NCBI GenBank assembly: GCA_963674695.2
Contig: CAXXGI010000003.1
Coordinates: forward strand, 32,001-96,000
Source of the DNA: a bacterium
GTDB taxonomy: Bacteria; UBA10199; 2-02-FULL-44-16; JAAZCA01
DNA: 64,000 nt
Direction of reading: 5' to 3'
Shown: in pieces, positions 38,846 through 48,760 of the stretch
Position numbering within the stretch: position 1 is the stretch's first letter
Layout of the letters: every line of letters starts with the position of its first letter
Made by a program: the position numbers and the translations under genes
The notes under the pieces: model-generated
The model's input: only the letters and a program-made list of their open reading frames with translations
Told to the model about the DNA's origin: nothing
The model's database searches: none

Positions 38846-40462
38846 ATGCCCCATCGTATCATCGGCATCGATATCGGAAGTTATTCGGTCAAGGTGGCCG
38901 TGATCGAGCGCAGCTTCAAGTCGTTCGCCTTCACCGAGTTTTTCGAGCGCCGCATCCAATATAATGATCTGCTCAGCCCCGAGGAGTCGACCTCGATCGC
39001 CATCCAGGGGCTGATCGACGACTTTAATCTCTCGTGGGATGTCGTCTGCTGCGGTTTTCCGGCCGAGCGCGTGACCTCGCGACTGATTACTTTTCCCTTT
39101 GGCAGCCTCAAGAAGATCGATCAGACCATCGAGTTCGAGATCGAGTCCTATATCCCCTTCGACGTCGAAAATGTGCTCATCGACTATGCGGTGGTCTGGC
39201 AGACCAAAGAGGCGTCCCGGGTGATGGTCGTCTATGTGCAGAAGGGCGATCTCGTTCGCGAACTGACCATGCTCGGTTCGGTCGGTCTGGATCCACGGTT
39301 TGTCTGTGTCGAAGGGGTGGACCTGGTCAACCTCATCAACCTCGGCATGGTTCCGCCCGAAGGGGCGTTCGCCGTGATCGACATCGGTCATGAGAAGACC
39401 ACGCTGACCATCTGTCGGGGAAAACGCCTGGGCTATGTGCGCGCCATCTCAATCGCGGGAAAGTCGATCACGGCGGCAATTGCCAAGCGCCTGGGGGTGC
39501 CCCTCGATGAAGCCGAGCGCATGAAGATCGAGATGGGGCACATCCCGCACGTGGCCGAAGAGGTGGTCGATGACATCTCGCGGGACGTGATCGCCGCTAT
39601 TCGCGAGGTGCTCGACGAGCTGCTCCTGCACCTGCGGCAGACACTCTTTACCTACCGGGAAACGGAAGACACGCCCGTGGAGGGGATCTATCTCTGTGGC
39701 GGTTCATCAAGGCTTCCCGGGATGGATCGATTTTTTTCCGATGCGCTCAAACTCAACGTCAGCTATCTCAACTGCAGCGATTTTCACTTCACGCGCCTGG
39801 ATCGCGCCGATGCCCATCGGCATGTCATCCCGCAGGCGTTGGCACTTGCGCTCAAGGGCGTGGCGGGCGGTGGCCCTGACATCAATCTGCGTCGCAACGA
39901 ATTCGCCTTCAAGGGGGATGTCGAGAAGTTCGGCGGAAGCGTTCGCCGCGCCGGCATCATCCTGGGGCTGCTCATCGTGTTGGCGCTCGTGAACTTTACG
40001 GCGAAGTACTATTCGGTCAAGGGGCGCATCGACAAGATGCGAGAGGATATCGTCACCCTCGTCAGCCAGACGCTGCCGAATACGCCGAAACGTGCCCTGC
40101 AGACGCCGAAGGCGGCGATCGGTCTGCTCAAGTCGAAGGAGCAGGATGTCACCGACCGCATCGATCAGATGGGCAACATCATGGGGGCCTCCCCCCTGGA
40201 CATCTTTAAGGAGGTTTCCGCGGTGCTCCCGCCGCGCGATCAGCTCAAGATCGAGGTGGGCGATCTGAGTATCGCCGGGGGGAAGGTTTCGCTCTCCGGC
40301 GTCGTGGATGATTTTAAGACGGTCGATACCGTCAAGCAGGTCTTCGAGAAGTCGGCCCTGTTCGATAACGTGACGACGGGGAACGTGAGCAAAGGGGTGA
40401 AGGGCGAGGTGAAATTTAAGCTCTCGATGGATGTCGTCTCCGGAGAGAAGCAGGAGGAGTGA
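38846..40462 (+). CDS. gspL: Type II secretion protein L (PilM-like actin domain + TM + PilN-like domain)
   Basis: IIGIDIGSYSVKV, IDIGHEKT, LCGGSSRL, TM near the C-terminus; between gspK and gspM. Confidence 0.85.
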   Translation: MPHRIIGIDIGSYSVKVAVIERSFKSFAFTEFFERRIQYNDLLSPEESTSIAIQGLIDDFNLSWDVVCCGFPAERVTSRLITFPFGSLKKIDQTIEFEIESYIPFDVENVLIDYAVVWQTKEASRVMVVYVQKGDLVRELTMLGSVGLDPRFVCVEGVDLVNLINLGMVPPEGAFAVIDIGHEKTTLTICRGKRLGYVRAISIAGKSITAAIAKRLGVPLDEAERMKIEMGHIPHVAEEVVDDISRDVIAAIREVLDELLLHLRQTLFTYRETEDTPVEGIYLCGGSSRLPGMDRFFSDALKLNVSYLNCSDFHFTRLDRADAHRHVIPQALALALKGVAGGGPDINLRRNEFAFKGDVEKFGGSVRRAGIILGLLIVLALVNFTAKYYSVKGRIDKMREDIVTLVSQTLPNTPKRALQTPKAAIGLLKSKEQDVTDRIDQMGNIMGASPLDIFKEVSAVLPPRDQLKIEVGDLSIAGGKVSLSGVVDDFKTVDTVKQVFEKSALFDNVTTGNVSKGVKGEVKFKLSMDVVSGEKQEE

Positions 40463-40466
40463 TACG

Positions 40467-41072
40467 GTGGCACTGAAGGTCGGCCGGTTCAGCCTTGAGA
40501 GCCTCAAGGTCGAGAACCTCTACAATACGTACCTGGGGATGAATTCGCGCGAGCAGACCATGGCGCTCGTGGGGGCGATCGTTGTGCTCGTGCTCATCAT
40601 CATCCTTCCCGTGACGATCGCCTCCAGTCGCATCAGCCGGCTCGATCGCGATGTCGTGCAAGGGCATCGACAGCTCAAGGATATCATGCGGGCCATCGAA
40701 TCCTACGAGCAGCGCCGCGCCGAACTTGCCCAGACGCAGCAGTTGCTGTCCGGCGGATTCGATTCCTCCATCTCCAGTACGCTCGAGTCGCTCGCAGAAC
40801 GCAATGATATCAAGGATCGCATCGATTCGCTCAAGGAGAAGGCCTCCGCTCCCTCCGAGATCTACGATGAGTCCTCCGTCGATGTTCGCCTCAAGCGGGT
40901 GAGCTTGCCGAAACTCATCGATTATCTCTATGCGATCGAGAACGATCCGGACAAGCTCCTTCGGTTGAAGAAGCTCACCATCAAATCTCGCTTCGACAAG
41001 AAACAGGAACTCGATGTCTCCTTCACGGTTTCCAGCTATCGTCTGCTCGAAGGCGCCGAGGAGGGGATCTAG
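40467..41072 (+). CDS. gspM: Type II secretion protein M
   Basis: NSREQ + TM + coiled coil + ferredoxin-like domain; operon position. Confidence 0.8.
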   Translation: MALKVGRFSLESLKVENLYNTYLGMNSREQTMALVGAIVVLVLIIILPVTIASSRISRLDRDVVQGHRQLKDIMRAIESYEQRRAELAQTQQLLSGGFDSSISSTLESLAERNDIKDRIDSLKEKASAPSEIYDESSVDVRLKRVSLPKLIDYLYAIENDPDKLLRLKKLTIKSRFDKKQELDVSFTVSSYRLLEGAEEGI

Positions 41073-41984
41073 ATGTCACGATTGGTCAAATTCATCGCCT
41101 ATCTCGCGCTCTTCGTCGTGAGTTTCCTCCTGTTCCTCTATTGGATGTTTCCCTATAGCGCTTTGCGCGATCGCGTCTTGGGGGCGATCGAACAGCAGCT
41201 CGGCAGTGGTGTTTCGGTCACCGCGGAAACGCTCGAGCCCTATTGGTTCAGCGGTGTCGAGGTGAGTGGCCTCGAGGTGGAGGGGATGAATGAGGGTCGG
41301 GCGGTGACGCTCCTCAAGTGCCGACGGCTGCGTGCGCGTGCAGGGCTCGTCTCGCTCCTCGTGGGGAGCCCGCGTATTTCCTTCTTGGTCGAGATCGGCA
41401 AGGGGGAGATTTCGGGAACCGCGCGTCGAACCGAAGAGGAGCTTGATCTGGATCTCGAACTCGACAACGTCGATCTTGGCACGATTCAGTTGATTCAGGA
41501 ACGGACAGGACTCAAGCTTTCCTCGAGGATCGGCGGCGTCGTTCGTCTGATGATCGATCGGCAGCGGCCGTTGCGGTCGACCGGAAAGATCGATCTGGAC
41601 CTGCGCGACATCGTCTTGAAGCCATCGATGGTCAAGCTCGGCGAGATGGAGATGGAGATGCCGGAGCTTGCGCTCAGCAAGGGGCGGGAATCGAGGATCA
41701 GGCTCGAGGTCGACCGGGGCGCGATTGCCGTCGAATCGATTGTGCTCAAGGGCGGCGATCTCGGAATCGATCTCAAGGGAAAGGTGTTTCTCTCGACCCG
41801 GGTGGACAACTATCGATTCAACGTGAGCGGTTCCTTTTCGGCATCGGAAAAACTGGGCCAGGCGCTTCCCTTCCTCTTCATCATCGAAAAACAAAAGCGC
41901 GAAGACGGCAGCTATCCCATCTCCATCACCGGGCGCCTGGCCCGGCCCTCCATCAAAATCGGAACCTTCACCGTCCCGCTGTAA
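41073..41984 (+). CDS. gspN: Type II secretion protein N
   Basis: FLYWMFPY N-terminal motif, C-terminal ITGRLARP; last gene of the operon. Confidence 0.8.
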   Translation: MSRLVKFIAYLALFVVSFLLFLYWMFPYSALRDRVLGAIEQQLGSGVSVTAETLEPYWFSGVEVSGLEVEGMNEGRAVTLLKCRRLRARAGLVSLLVGSPRISFLVEIGKGEISGTARRTEEELDLDLELDNVDLGTIQLIQERTGLKLSSRIGGVVRLMIDRQRPLRSTGKIDLDLRDIVLKPSMVKLGEMEMEMPELALSKGRESRIRLEVDRGAIAVESIVLKGGDLGIDLKGKVFLSTRVDNYRFNVSGSFSASEKLGQALPFLFIIEKQKREDGSYPISITGRLARPSIKIGTFTVPL

Positions 41985-42019
41985 TCATCTCATATTTGGA
42001 CGCTCTTCCTGTAACGGTG

Positions 42020-42095
42020 CCGCCTTCCGGGGAAATCATTCGCATCTTCACAGATGAAGCTTGTTCCAGACGCAAATGATTTCCCCTCACGGCGG
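42020..42095 (+). repeat. ~75-bp covarying hairpin family, divergent copy
   Basis: CCGCC-TTC-CGGGGAAATCATT...CAGATGAAGCTTGT...AATGATTTCCCC-TCA-CGGCGG. Confidence 0.7.
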
Positions 42096-42127
42096 TCTGT
42101 ATCAATTGGTGCGAGTCTGGAGGATGT

Positions 42128-42466
42128 TTACTCCCGTGCGGATTGCGGCTGGTCGGCGGGTTTTTCCTCGAACATAATCTCGCCCGGCTTGATGTAGCCG
42201 AGTTCCTTCCGGATGACCATTTCGAGATTGTCCGCTGTGGAGAGCATCTCCTGTTCGCGACTGAGCCGGTCGATGTCGTCGTTGACCGCATCGCGTTCTT
42301 GGCTGAGCTGCTGTTGCATCTTCAGGAGTTGGCGCAAGGAGTAGAGCCCCTGATCGCCCAGCGCCAGGAATCCGAAGAAGGCGACGGCGACGGCGATCAC
42401 GAGGAGGCGAATCGGCGTCAAAAAGCCGAGCACCTTATGGATGGCGTGAAGGATGAGCGTTTTCAT
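42128..42466 (-). CDS. Septum formation initiator (FtsB/DivIC family)
   Basis: TM + GDQGL + coiled coil + [15 protein letters not shown]. Confidence 0.85.
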   Translation of the reverse strand: MKTLILHAIHKVLGFLTPIRLLVIAVAVAFFGFLALGDQGLYSLRQLLKMQQQLSQERDAVNDDIDRLSREQEMLSTADNLEMVIRKELGYIKPGEIMFEEKPADQPQSARE

Positions 42467-43503
42467 TTGGAGAAGAGGGCGGCCTGTCCCAGCTCCGCCG
42501 GTGGCGTGAGCCCAAAATGGGCCCAGGCGTGTGCCGTCGCGATACGGCCGCGCGGCGTGCGCTGGATATAGCCGCATTGAATGAGATACGGTTCATAGAC
42601 GTCTTCGATCGTGTCGGCCTCTTCGTGCACGGCCGAGGCGATGGTGTCCACTCCCACGGGGCCGCCGCCAAATTTTTCGATGATCGCCTTCAGAATCGTA
42701 CGGTCCATATGATCGAATCCGCGCTCGTCGATATCCAGGAGTTCGAGTGCCTCATTGGCGACGGTTCCATCGATATGTCCGGCCGCGCGCACCTGGGCAA
42801 AGTCGCGCACGCGGCGCAGCAGTCGGTTGGCAATGCGGGGCGTGCCGCGGGAACGGCGGGCGATCTCATGGGCTCCGCTCTCGTCGATGCTCACCGAAAG
42901 CTTTGCCGCCGAATGCGTAACGATAATACTCAGGTCGGCGGGCGGATAGTGTTCCAGGCGCGCGGTGACGCCGAAGCGATCGCGCAGCGGCGAGGTCAAT
43001 AGCCCCGCGCGCGTGGTTGCCCCGACCAGGGTAAAATGCGGGAGGTCGAGTTTCACCGTCTTGGCAGCAGGCCCTTGTCCGACGAGGATGTCGAGCGTGA
43101 AGTCCTCCATGGCGGGATAGAGGATCTCTTCGACGACGTGACTGAGCCGGTGAATTTCGTCGATGAAGAGGACGTCATGATCCTTGAGGTTGGTGAGGAT
43201 GGCGGCCAGATCGCCGGCGCGCTCGATGACCGGTCCAGACGTGGAGGTGATGCCCACGCGCATCTCCGTGGCGATGATGCCCGCGAGTGTGGTTTTGCCC
43301 AGCCCTGGTGGTCCGGAGAAGAGGACGTGATCGAGGTGTTCCTTGCGCTGCTGTGCGGCGTCGATGAAGAGTTTGAGCCGTTCCTTGACGGCGTGCTGGC
43401 CGATGTACTCTGCGAATGAACGGGGACGCAGACTCGCCTCGAGTCGGCGTTCCTCCTCCGGCAGGTCGCTTGAGCGCAGGATTTGGTTTTCTTGATCAGT
43501 CAT
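42463..43503 (-). CDS. ruvB: Holliday junction helicase RuvB
   Basis: [40 protein letters not shown]. Confidence 0.98.
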   Translation of the reverse strand: MTDQENQILRSSDLPEEERRLEASLRPRSFAEYIGQHAVKERLKLFIDAAQQRKEHLDHVLFSGPPGLGKTTLAGIIATEMRVGITSTSGPVIERAGDLAAILTNLKDHDVLFIDEIHRLSHVVEEILYPAMEDFTLDILVGQGPAAKTVKLDLPHFTLVGATTRAGLLTSPLRDRFGVTARLEHYPPADLSIIVTHSAAKLSVSIDESGAHEIARRSRGTPRIANRLLRRVRDFAQVRAAGHIDGTVANEALELLDIDERGFDHMDRTILKAIIEKFGGGPVGVDTIASAVHEEADTIEDVYEPYLIQCGYIQRTPRGRIATAHAWAHFGLTPPAELGQAALFSK

Positions 43504-43513
43504 TATAAGATCC

Positions 43514-43576
43514 GTGATTAGTGATTAGTGATGAGCAAGATCAAAACCAATCACCAATTACGAATCACCAATCACC
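43514..43576. repeat. Inverted heptamer array (GTGATTA / AATCACC)
   Basis: Read directly between ruvA and ruvB. Confidence 0.8.
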
Positions 43577-43579
43577 GTT

Positions 43580-44176
43580 TTAAACCCGGCAGAGCTCCCG
43601 TAGGGCCCCGCGGATGGTGTCTTCGAGCGTCATCTTCTTCGAGGGATCGAGTTTATTCAAGGCCTTTTCGGCAACGGCACGCGGATAGCCGAGGTTGGTG
43701 AGCGCCGAAAGCGTGTCCTCGTCCTGCGCGCGGCAGGGCGATTTCGACGTTGGGTGAATCTGGTCGGACATCTCACGGGCGAGTCGATCCTTCAGTTCCA
43801 TGACGATGCGTTCAGCGGTCTTCTTGCCGACGCCCGGAATGGTGGCCAGGCGTGCCCGATCCTGCCCGGCGATGGCGGTGATGAGTTCCTGCGCGGGCAG
43901 TCCCGAGAGGATGGCCAGCGCCATCTTCGGGCCGACGCCGGAGACGCCGATGAGACGCCCGAAGAGATATTTCTCCTCGGGCGCGACAAATCCATAGAGG
44001 GCGATCTGATCTTCCCGGACATGCGTGTAGATGGTCAGACGCACCGGTTGGTCGACCTCCGGGATCGACTCGAAGCTCGTCAGCGAAATCTGAACATCAT
44101 AGCCGACACCATTCACGTCGATGGCGACGCGATGGGGGGCCTTTTCGATGACGATGCCGGACAGATGCGCAATCAT
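43580..44176 (-). CDS. ruvA: Holliday junction protein RuvA
   Basis: MIAHLSG, DVNGVGY, HVRED, VSGVGPK, IPGVGKKTAERI. Confidence 0.97.
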   Translation of the reverse strand: MIAHLSGIVIEKAPHRVAIDVNGVGYDVQISLTSFESIPEVDQPVRLTIYTHVREDQIALYGFVAPEEKYLFGRLIGVSGVGPKMALAILSGLPAQELITAIAGQDRARLATIPGVGKKTAERIVMELKDRLAREMSDQIHPTSKSPCRAQDEDTLSALTNLGYPRAVAEKALNKLDPSKKMTLEDTIRGALRELCRV

Positions 44177-44186
44177 AATGTCCTCG

Positions 44187-44261
44187 AGCGTAGAGTGTTT
44201 AGCGTATAGCGTTTATAACATCATGGTTTTCTACCCGCTAAACGCTCGACGCTATCCGCTA
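44187..44261. repeat. Inverted degenerate heptamer array (TAGCGT(A/T) / ACGCTA) overlapping the ruvC 3' end
   Basis: Read directly. Confidence 0.6.
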
Positions 44262-44739
44262 TTCTTTTCTGCAATGGGGCGCATTGTCCGTGGCACATGG
44301 CCACGGCCAAGGCGTCGGAGGCATCTTCGAAGGCCTCCTCGGGCAGTCGCAGCATTGCCCGCACCATGTGTTGGATCTGGGCCTTCGACGCGCGTCCCGT
44401 GCCGGTGACCGCCTGTTTGACCTCGGTGGGCGAGTATTCCGCCACCGGGAGACCGGCGTTTGCTGCGGCCAGAAGGGCTACGCCGCGAGCATGACCTAAC
44501 AGCAGCGAGCTGCGCACATTGCGCGCGACAAACAGGCTCTCCACGGCGACGGCCTCGGGCTGGAAGCGTTCGATGATGCGCGCGAGCTCCGTCGCGATGG
44601 TCTGAAGCCGTTGCGGCAAGGGCAGCTTCTTCCGTGGCTGGATGCCGCCGTTGTCGACATGGTGTACCTGTCCATTCCGCTCTTCGATGATTCCGTAGCC
44701 GGTGATGATGGTGCCGGGATCGATTCCGAGAATGCGCAT
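44221..44739 (-). CDS. ruvC: Holliday junction resolvase RuvC
   Basis: MRILGIDPG, AVESLF, LGHARG, DASDALAVA. Confidence 0.97.
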   Translation of the reverse strand: MRILGIDPGTIITGYGIIEERNGQVHHVDNGGIQPRKKLPLPQRLQTIATELARIIERFQPEAVAVESLFVARNVRSSLLLGHARGVALLAAANAGLPVAEYSPTEVKQAVTGTGRASKAQIQHMVRAMLRLPEEAFEDASDALAVAMCHGQCAPLQKRIADSVERLAGRKP

Positions 44740-44764
44740 AGTTGCTTGGTACGTTGGTACGTTG

Positions 44765-45511
44765 TCAGAGCAGTTTTTCCATCGTCTGTGTGTCGATGTC
44801 GAAGTTGGCGTAGACGTTTTGGACGTCGTCGTGATCTTCGAGGGTATCCATGAGCCTGAGCATCTTTCCGGCTTGATCGCCCTCGAGACGAACCGTGTTC
44901 TGTGGGATCATCGAAATTTCAGCTTCGAGATAGGAGATGTTGTTGTCATCGCAGGCCTTCTTGACCGCTTCGAACGAGGAGGGCTCGGTCTTGACCGTGA
45001 AGGTGTCTTCCTCATTGATGATGTCCTCGGCCCCCGCTTCGAGGGCGACTTCCATCAGGGTTTCTTCGCTGACGGTTTTTTTGTCGAAGGTGAGGATGCC
45101 GTGTTTGGAGAAGATCCAGGAGACGCAGCCGGTTTCGCCGAGGTTTCCGCCCATCTTTGAAAAGATGTGACGGATGTCGGCGACGGTGCGGTTGCGGTTG
45201 TCCGTGACGGTTTCCACCATGACAGCGACACCGCCCGTGCCATATCCCTCGAAGTTCACCTCTTCAAAGGAGACGCCTTCCAGTTCACCGGTGCCACGCT
45301 TGATGGCCCGGGTGACATTATCATTGGGCATATTGGCTGACCGCGCCTTGTCGAGAACGGTGCGAAGTCGGGGGTTGCAATCCGGATCACCACCCCCGTC
45401 GCGTGCGGCAATGGTGATTTCCTTGATGAGTTTGGAGAAGATTTTCCCTCTTTTGGCATCTGCTGCCCCCTTCTTGTGTTTGATCGATGACCATTTATTG
45501 TGACCCGACAT
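44765..45511 (-). CDS. yebC: YebC/PmpR family protein
   Basis: [35 protein letters not shown]. Confidence 0.97.
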   Translation of the reverse strand: MSGHNKWSSIKHKKGAADAKRGKIFSKLIKEITIAARDGGGDPDCNPRLRTVLDKARSANMPNDNVTRAIKRGTGELEGVSFEEVNFEGYGTGGVAVMVETVTDNRNRTVADIRHIFSKMGGNLGETGCVSWIFSKHGILTFDKKTVSEETLMEVALEAGAEDIINEEDTFTVKTEPSSFEAVKKACDDNNISYLEAEISMIPQNTVRLEGDQAGKMLRLMDTLEDHDDVQNVYANFDIDTQTMEKLL

Positions 45512-45629
45512 AGAATGTGTTCCTCCCGAAAAAAGGGTAGTGGGGGCCACGTCCGCAGGGGGAGCAGCCCCGAATAGGGAGTGATGAACCTAGCAGATAT
45601 GAATGCTGGATGTAAAGGGGGAGAAACGC

Positions 45630-46736
45630 CTACCCGGCGGCATTTGAGGGCGCTGTTGTCCGATTTGAGGGGGCCTTGAGGTACATCTCGAAGTCGGCCG
45701 GGTTGATGCATTGCCGAAGGGCATCCTCCTCCAGGATGAGGTTGTTCCGGACGAGATCGGCCAGGGCTTGGTCCATCATGATCATACCTGTCTGTTGTTG
45801 CCCCATCTGCATCTGAGCCCCGATCTGATGGGTTTTTCCCTCGCGGATCAGGTTGCGCAGTCCGGAATCGGGAAGCATGATCTCCATGGCGAGGACGCGG
45901 CCGCCCCCCCTTTTTGGCAGGAGCTGTTGGCAGAAGATCCCTTCCAAGACGAACGCCAGCTGTGTGCGTATCTGCGGCTGTTGGTGGGGGGGGAAGACGT
46001 CGATGATGCGGTCGATGGTCTGTGCCGCCGAGTTCGTGTGCAGGGTGGCAAAGACCAGATGGCCCGTCTCCGCGACGGTGATCGCGTTCTGGATCGTCTC
46101 CAGGTCGCGCATCTCGCCGATGAGGACGACGTCGGGATCCTGGCGCAGGATGTATTTGAGGGCGCGCTGGAAACTCAGCGTGTCGCGTCCGACCTCGCGC
46201 TGGTGGATCAGGGACTTTTCCTGATCATAGATATATTCGATTGGATCTTCGACGGTGATGATGTGTTCGCTGCGCAATTTGTTGATATGGTTGAGCAAGG
46301 AAGCCAGCGTGGTCGATTTTCCGGTTCCGGTCTGACCGGTCACCAATACCAGCCCGCGCGGTTTTTCCGTGATGGGGATGATGAGCGGGGGCAGTCCCAG
46401 CTCGGTGGGTGTAGGAATCTTATAGGGGATCATGCGGAAGGCGCCAGCGACACAGTCCATGGCCCAGAAAATATTTCCGCGAAATCGGGCGAGGTTGTTC
46501 GTTCCAAAGGAGAAGGAGAGGTCGATGGATCGCTCCGCCTCGAGCTTCATGATCTGTTCCTGGTTGAGACATTCGTAGCAGAGCGTCTGGGTCTCCTCGG
46601 CGGTGAGTTTGCTGTCTCCGATGGGGACGAGTTTGCCGTCGATGCGTGCCTGGGGAGGGAGTCCCGCGTTCATGTGGAGATCGCTCGCGTTGTGTTCGAC
46701 GATGAATCCGAGCAGTTCCTTCAGAGTGATCGGCAT
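45630..46736 (-). CDS. pilT: Type IV pilus retraction ATPase, PilT family
   Basis: ASDLH, GQTGTGKSTT, HQREVG, LRQDPDVVLIGEMRD, LRNLIRE. Confidence 0.9.
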   Translation of the reverse strand: MPITLKELLGFIVEHNASDLHMNAGLPPQARIDGKLVPIGDSKLTAEETQTLCYECLNQEQIMKLEAERSIDLSFSFGTNNLARFRGNIFWAMDCVAGAFRMIPYKIPTPTELGLPPLIIPITEKPRGLVLVTGQTGTGKSTTLASLLNHINKLRSEHIITVEDPIEYIYDQEKSLIHQREVGRDTLSFQRALKYILRQDPDVVLIGEMRDLETIQNAITVAETGHLVFATLHTNSAAQTIDRIIDVFPPHQQPQIRTQLAFVLEGIFCQQLLPKRGGGRVLAMEIMLPDSGLRNLIREGKTHQIGAQMQMGQQQTGMIMMDQALADLVRNNLILEEDALRQCINPADFEMYLKAPSNRTTAPSNAAG

Positions 46737-46821
46737 ATTCGGCTCCTCTCGATTGATCGACCACATCTGTATCAGATTCCCCGTTCGAATTCAGTCAAAT
46801 TCGGCAAGCACAAGAGGCATG

Positions 46822-46957
46822 GTGCCTCCCGGGGAATATCGAAACCATTTTTCCGATGACCCTGTAAAAATGGCTTCGCTCTTCCCCTCGCGGCACGACG
46901 GCCATGGTGCCTCCCGGGGGGGAAGGCCGTGATCCGTGACTCGTGATCCGTGATCCG
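46822..46957 (+). repeat. Hairpin family copy (46822-46896), truncated restart and CCGTGAT heptamers
   Basis: GTGCC-TCC-CGGGGAATATCGAAACCATTTTT-CCGATGACCCTGT-AAAAATGGCTTCGCTCTTCCCC-TCG-CGGCAC. Confidence 0.85.
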
Positions 46958-46997
46958 AAGATCATGATCGAAAATTGAAATTCCGATGGGGCAGGTG

Positions 46998-48644
46998 TTA
47001 CAGGCCGTCGCTGATCGAGTCGTGCTGTTTGTCGGGGGCGGGTTCCTTTTTCCCGAAGGTGCGATTCATCATCTCGATGAGGGGGTTTTGCTTGAGTTCG
47101 AACCGGTCGATGATGGTGCGGAAGCGGGGGGTGTTGCGGACATAGACGATGCCGTCATCCTGCATGTAGACGAGTCGCCATTTCGGATCGCGCCAGAGGT
47201 GTTCGTGAACATAGCGGAGGTCCCAAGAGGGGATGGTCTTGAAGACGAGATAGTCGAAATGGTAGCGATCGTCCAGTTGCTGAAAGTTTCGGGAGCTTCG
47301 AACGAAGTCGGTGTAGCGATCATAGAACCGATCGCCGTAGACCGGGGTGCGCCCGTCGATGAAAACGCGTTCTTGCGGCCATCGACGGAAGATCAGGTAT
47401 CCCCCCAGCCCCATCTCATTGAAGACGTTTCCGGTGATCTGATTCTCCTCCAGAAAATCGACCATGCGCGTCGGGGCGCTGTAGATCGAGGTGCCGAATC
47501 CGATCGGTTCATGCATGCGCCCGCCCAACGATGCCGGAACGCCATAGAGGATCGTGAGCAGCGAGAGCTCCATCACGACTGCCAGCGCCAGCCACGTGGG
47601 CCGGTTGCCCCAACGGCGCAGTCGACTCAGGTGCGGGCCCAGGGCCTCATGCAGGTTGAGCCACATGAGCGGCAGATTGATGATGAGAAATTGAGGGGTG
47701 AAGCGCTTGGCCTTGGCGATGAGCATGCAGGTCAGCAGCGTGAGCAGCAGGTGGCTGAGCGGCACGCGACGCGCGTTGATCAGATAGGAGATGAGCGTTC
47801 CCACCAGCATCGCCCGGAAGAGGATGTGGGAGATGACATCATCGACGCGGGCATCGAGCGTGGGAAACCACTCATGCGTAAAGGTGAGGATGGCCTGCAT
47901 GTGCAGGTGTTCGAGCGGGAAGGTGAAGATATTCACCCCCCAGGGGTTGATCAAACAGGCGATGATACACAGGAGCGTGATCACCCAGAGGTGCACGCGC
48001 TGCGATCGATCCAGCCGTGGGGCGGGGGCCCATCCGCGTGCGGCCAGGCGTGATTGGATGGCCTCCCCCAGGGCATAGACGAAGAGGAGTTGGGGGCCGA
48101 TGATGCCGCCGCCATGGAGGTTGATCCAGATGATCGTGAGGGGAGGGAGGAACCAGAGTCGGCGCAGGCGGCCGGCGGCGAACGCATGCAGGCAGAGGGC
48201 GAAGAGGGCGAAGAAGAACAGGGTGAAGAGAAAGGGTCGGCACATGATGCGGTCCATGATGCCGATGAGGAGCACAAAGGTTCCCAGGAGCGCGGACCCC
48301 AGCGGGATGTTGAGGATGCGAAAGGTGCGAAAGGCGACCCAGGCGATGCCCGCGGTGAGCGTCCCCTTCAGGAGCGTAAGGGTCGCGATGCCTCCGGCGG
48401 AAAAGAGGGCCCAGGCGATGACTTCGAAGAGCCATTCGTGGTTGGTCCAGGGGGCGCCGGGGGCGGTATAGGAGAAGAGGTCGACCTGGGGGATCTGCCC
48501 CCCCCTCCAGATCACCTCGCCGGTCTTGAGGTGCCACCAGATATCGAGGTTGATGACCTGGGTGAACCCCAGGGCGATGATGATGCCGGCCAGCGCCAGC
48601 ACGCAGAGCAAGGGGGAGGGACGTTGATCAAAGAATGAGGGCAC
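46998..48644 (-). CDS. Polytopic membrane protein, GT-C glycosyltransferase-like
   Basis: DIWWHLKTG after TM1, WTNHEWL, WINLHGG, INPWG, FIDGRT; C-terminal periplasmic domain. Confidence 0.6.
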   Translation of the reverse strand: MPSFFDQRPSPLLCVLALAGIIIALGFTQVINLDIWWHLKTGEVIWRGGQIPQVDLFSYTAPGAPWTNHEWLFEVIAWALFSAGGIATLTLLKGTLTAGIAWVAFRTFRILNIPLGSALLGTFVLLIGIMDRIMCRPFLFTLFFFALFALCLHAFAAGRLRRLWFLPPLTIIWINLHGGGIIGPQLLFVYALGEAIQSRLAARGWAPAPRLDRSQRVHLWVITLLCIIACLINPWGVNIFTFPLEHLHMQAILTFTHEWFPTLDARVDDVISHILFRAMLVGTLISYLINARRVPLSHLLLTLLTCMLIAKAKRFTPQFLIINLPLMWLNLHEALGPHLSRLRRWGNRPTWLALAVVMELSLLTILYGVPASLGGRMHEPIGFGTSIYSAPTRMVDFLEENQITGNVFNEMGLGGYLIFRRWPQERVFIDGRTPVYGDRFYDRYTDFVRSSRNFQQLDDRYHFDYLVFKTIPSWDLRYVHEHLWRDPKWRLVYMQDDGIVYVRNTPRFRTIIDRFELKQNPLIEMMNRTFGKKEPAPDKQHDSISDGL

Positions 48645-48703
48645 GGATAGCCTTGTAGCACACCGATTTCGGAAACGCTACCATGCGCAACGCAGCAGTC
48701 GCA

Positions 48704-48732
48704 TTGACCTGGCGCAAATCCCTTGATACATT
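48704..48732 (+). promoter_or_regulatory. Putative sigma70 promoter of the pilus locus
   Basis: TTGACC-N17-TACATT, 28 bp before the ATG at 48761. Confidence 0.5.
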
Positions 48733-48760
48733 AGATGCCTATCCGTATGGGGGGAAGTTC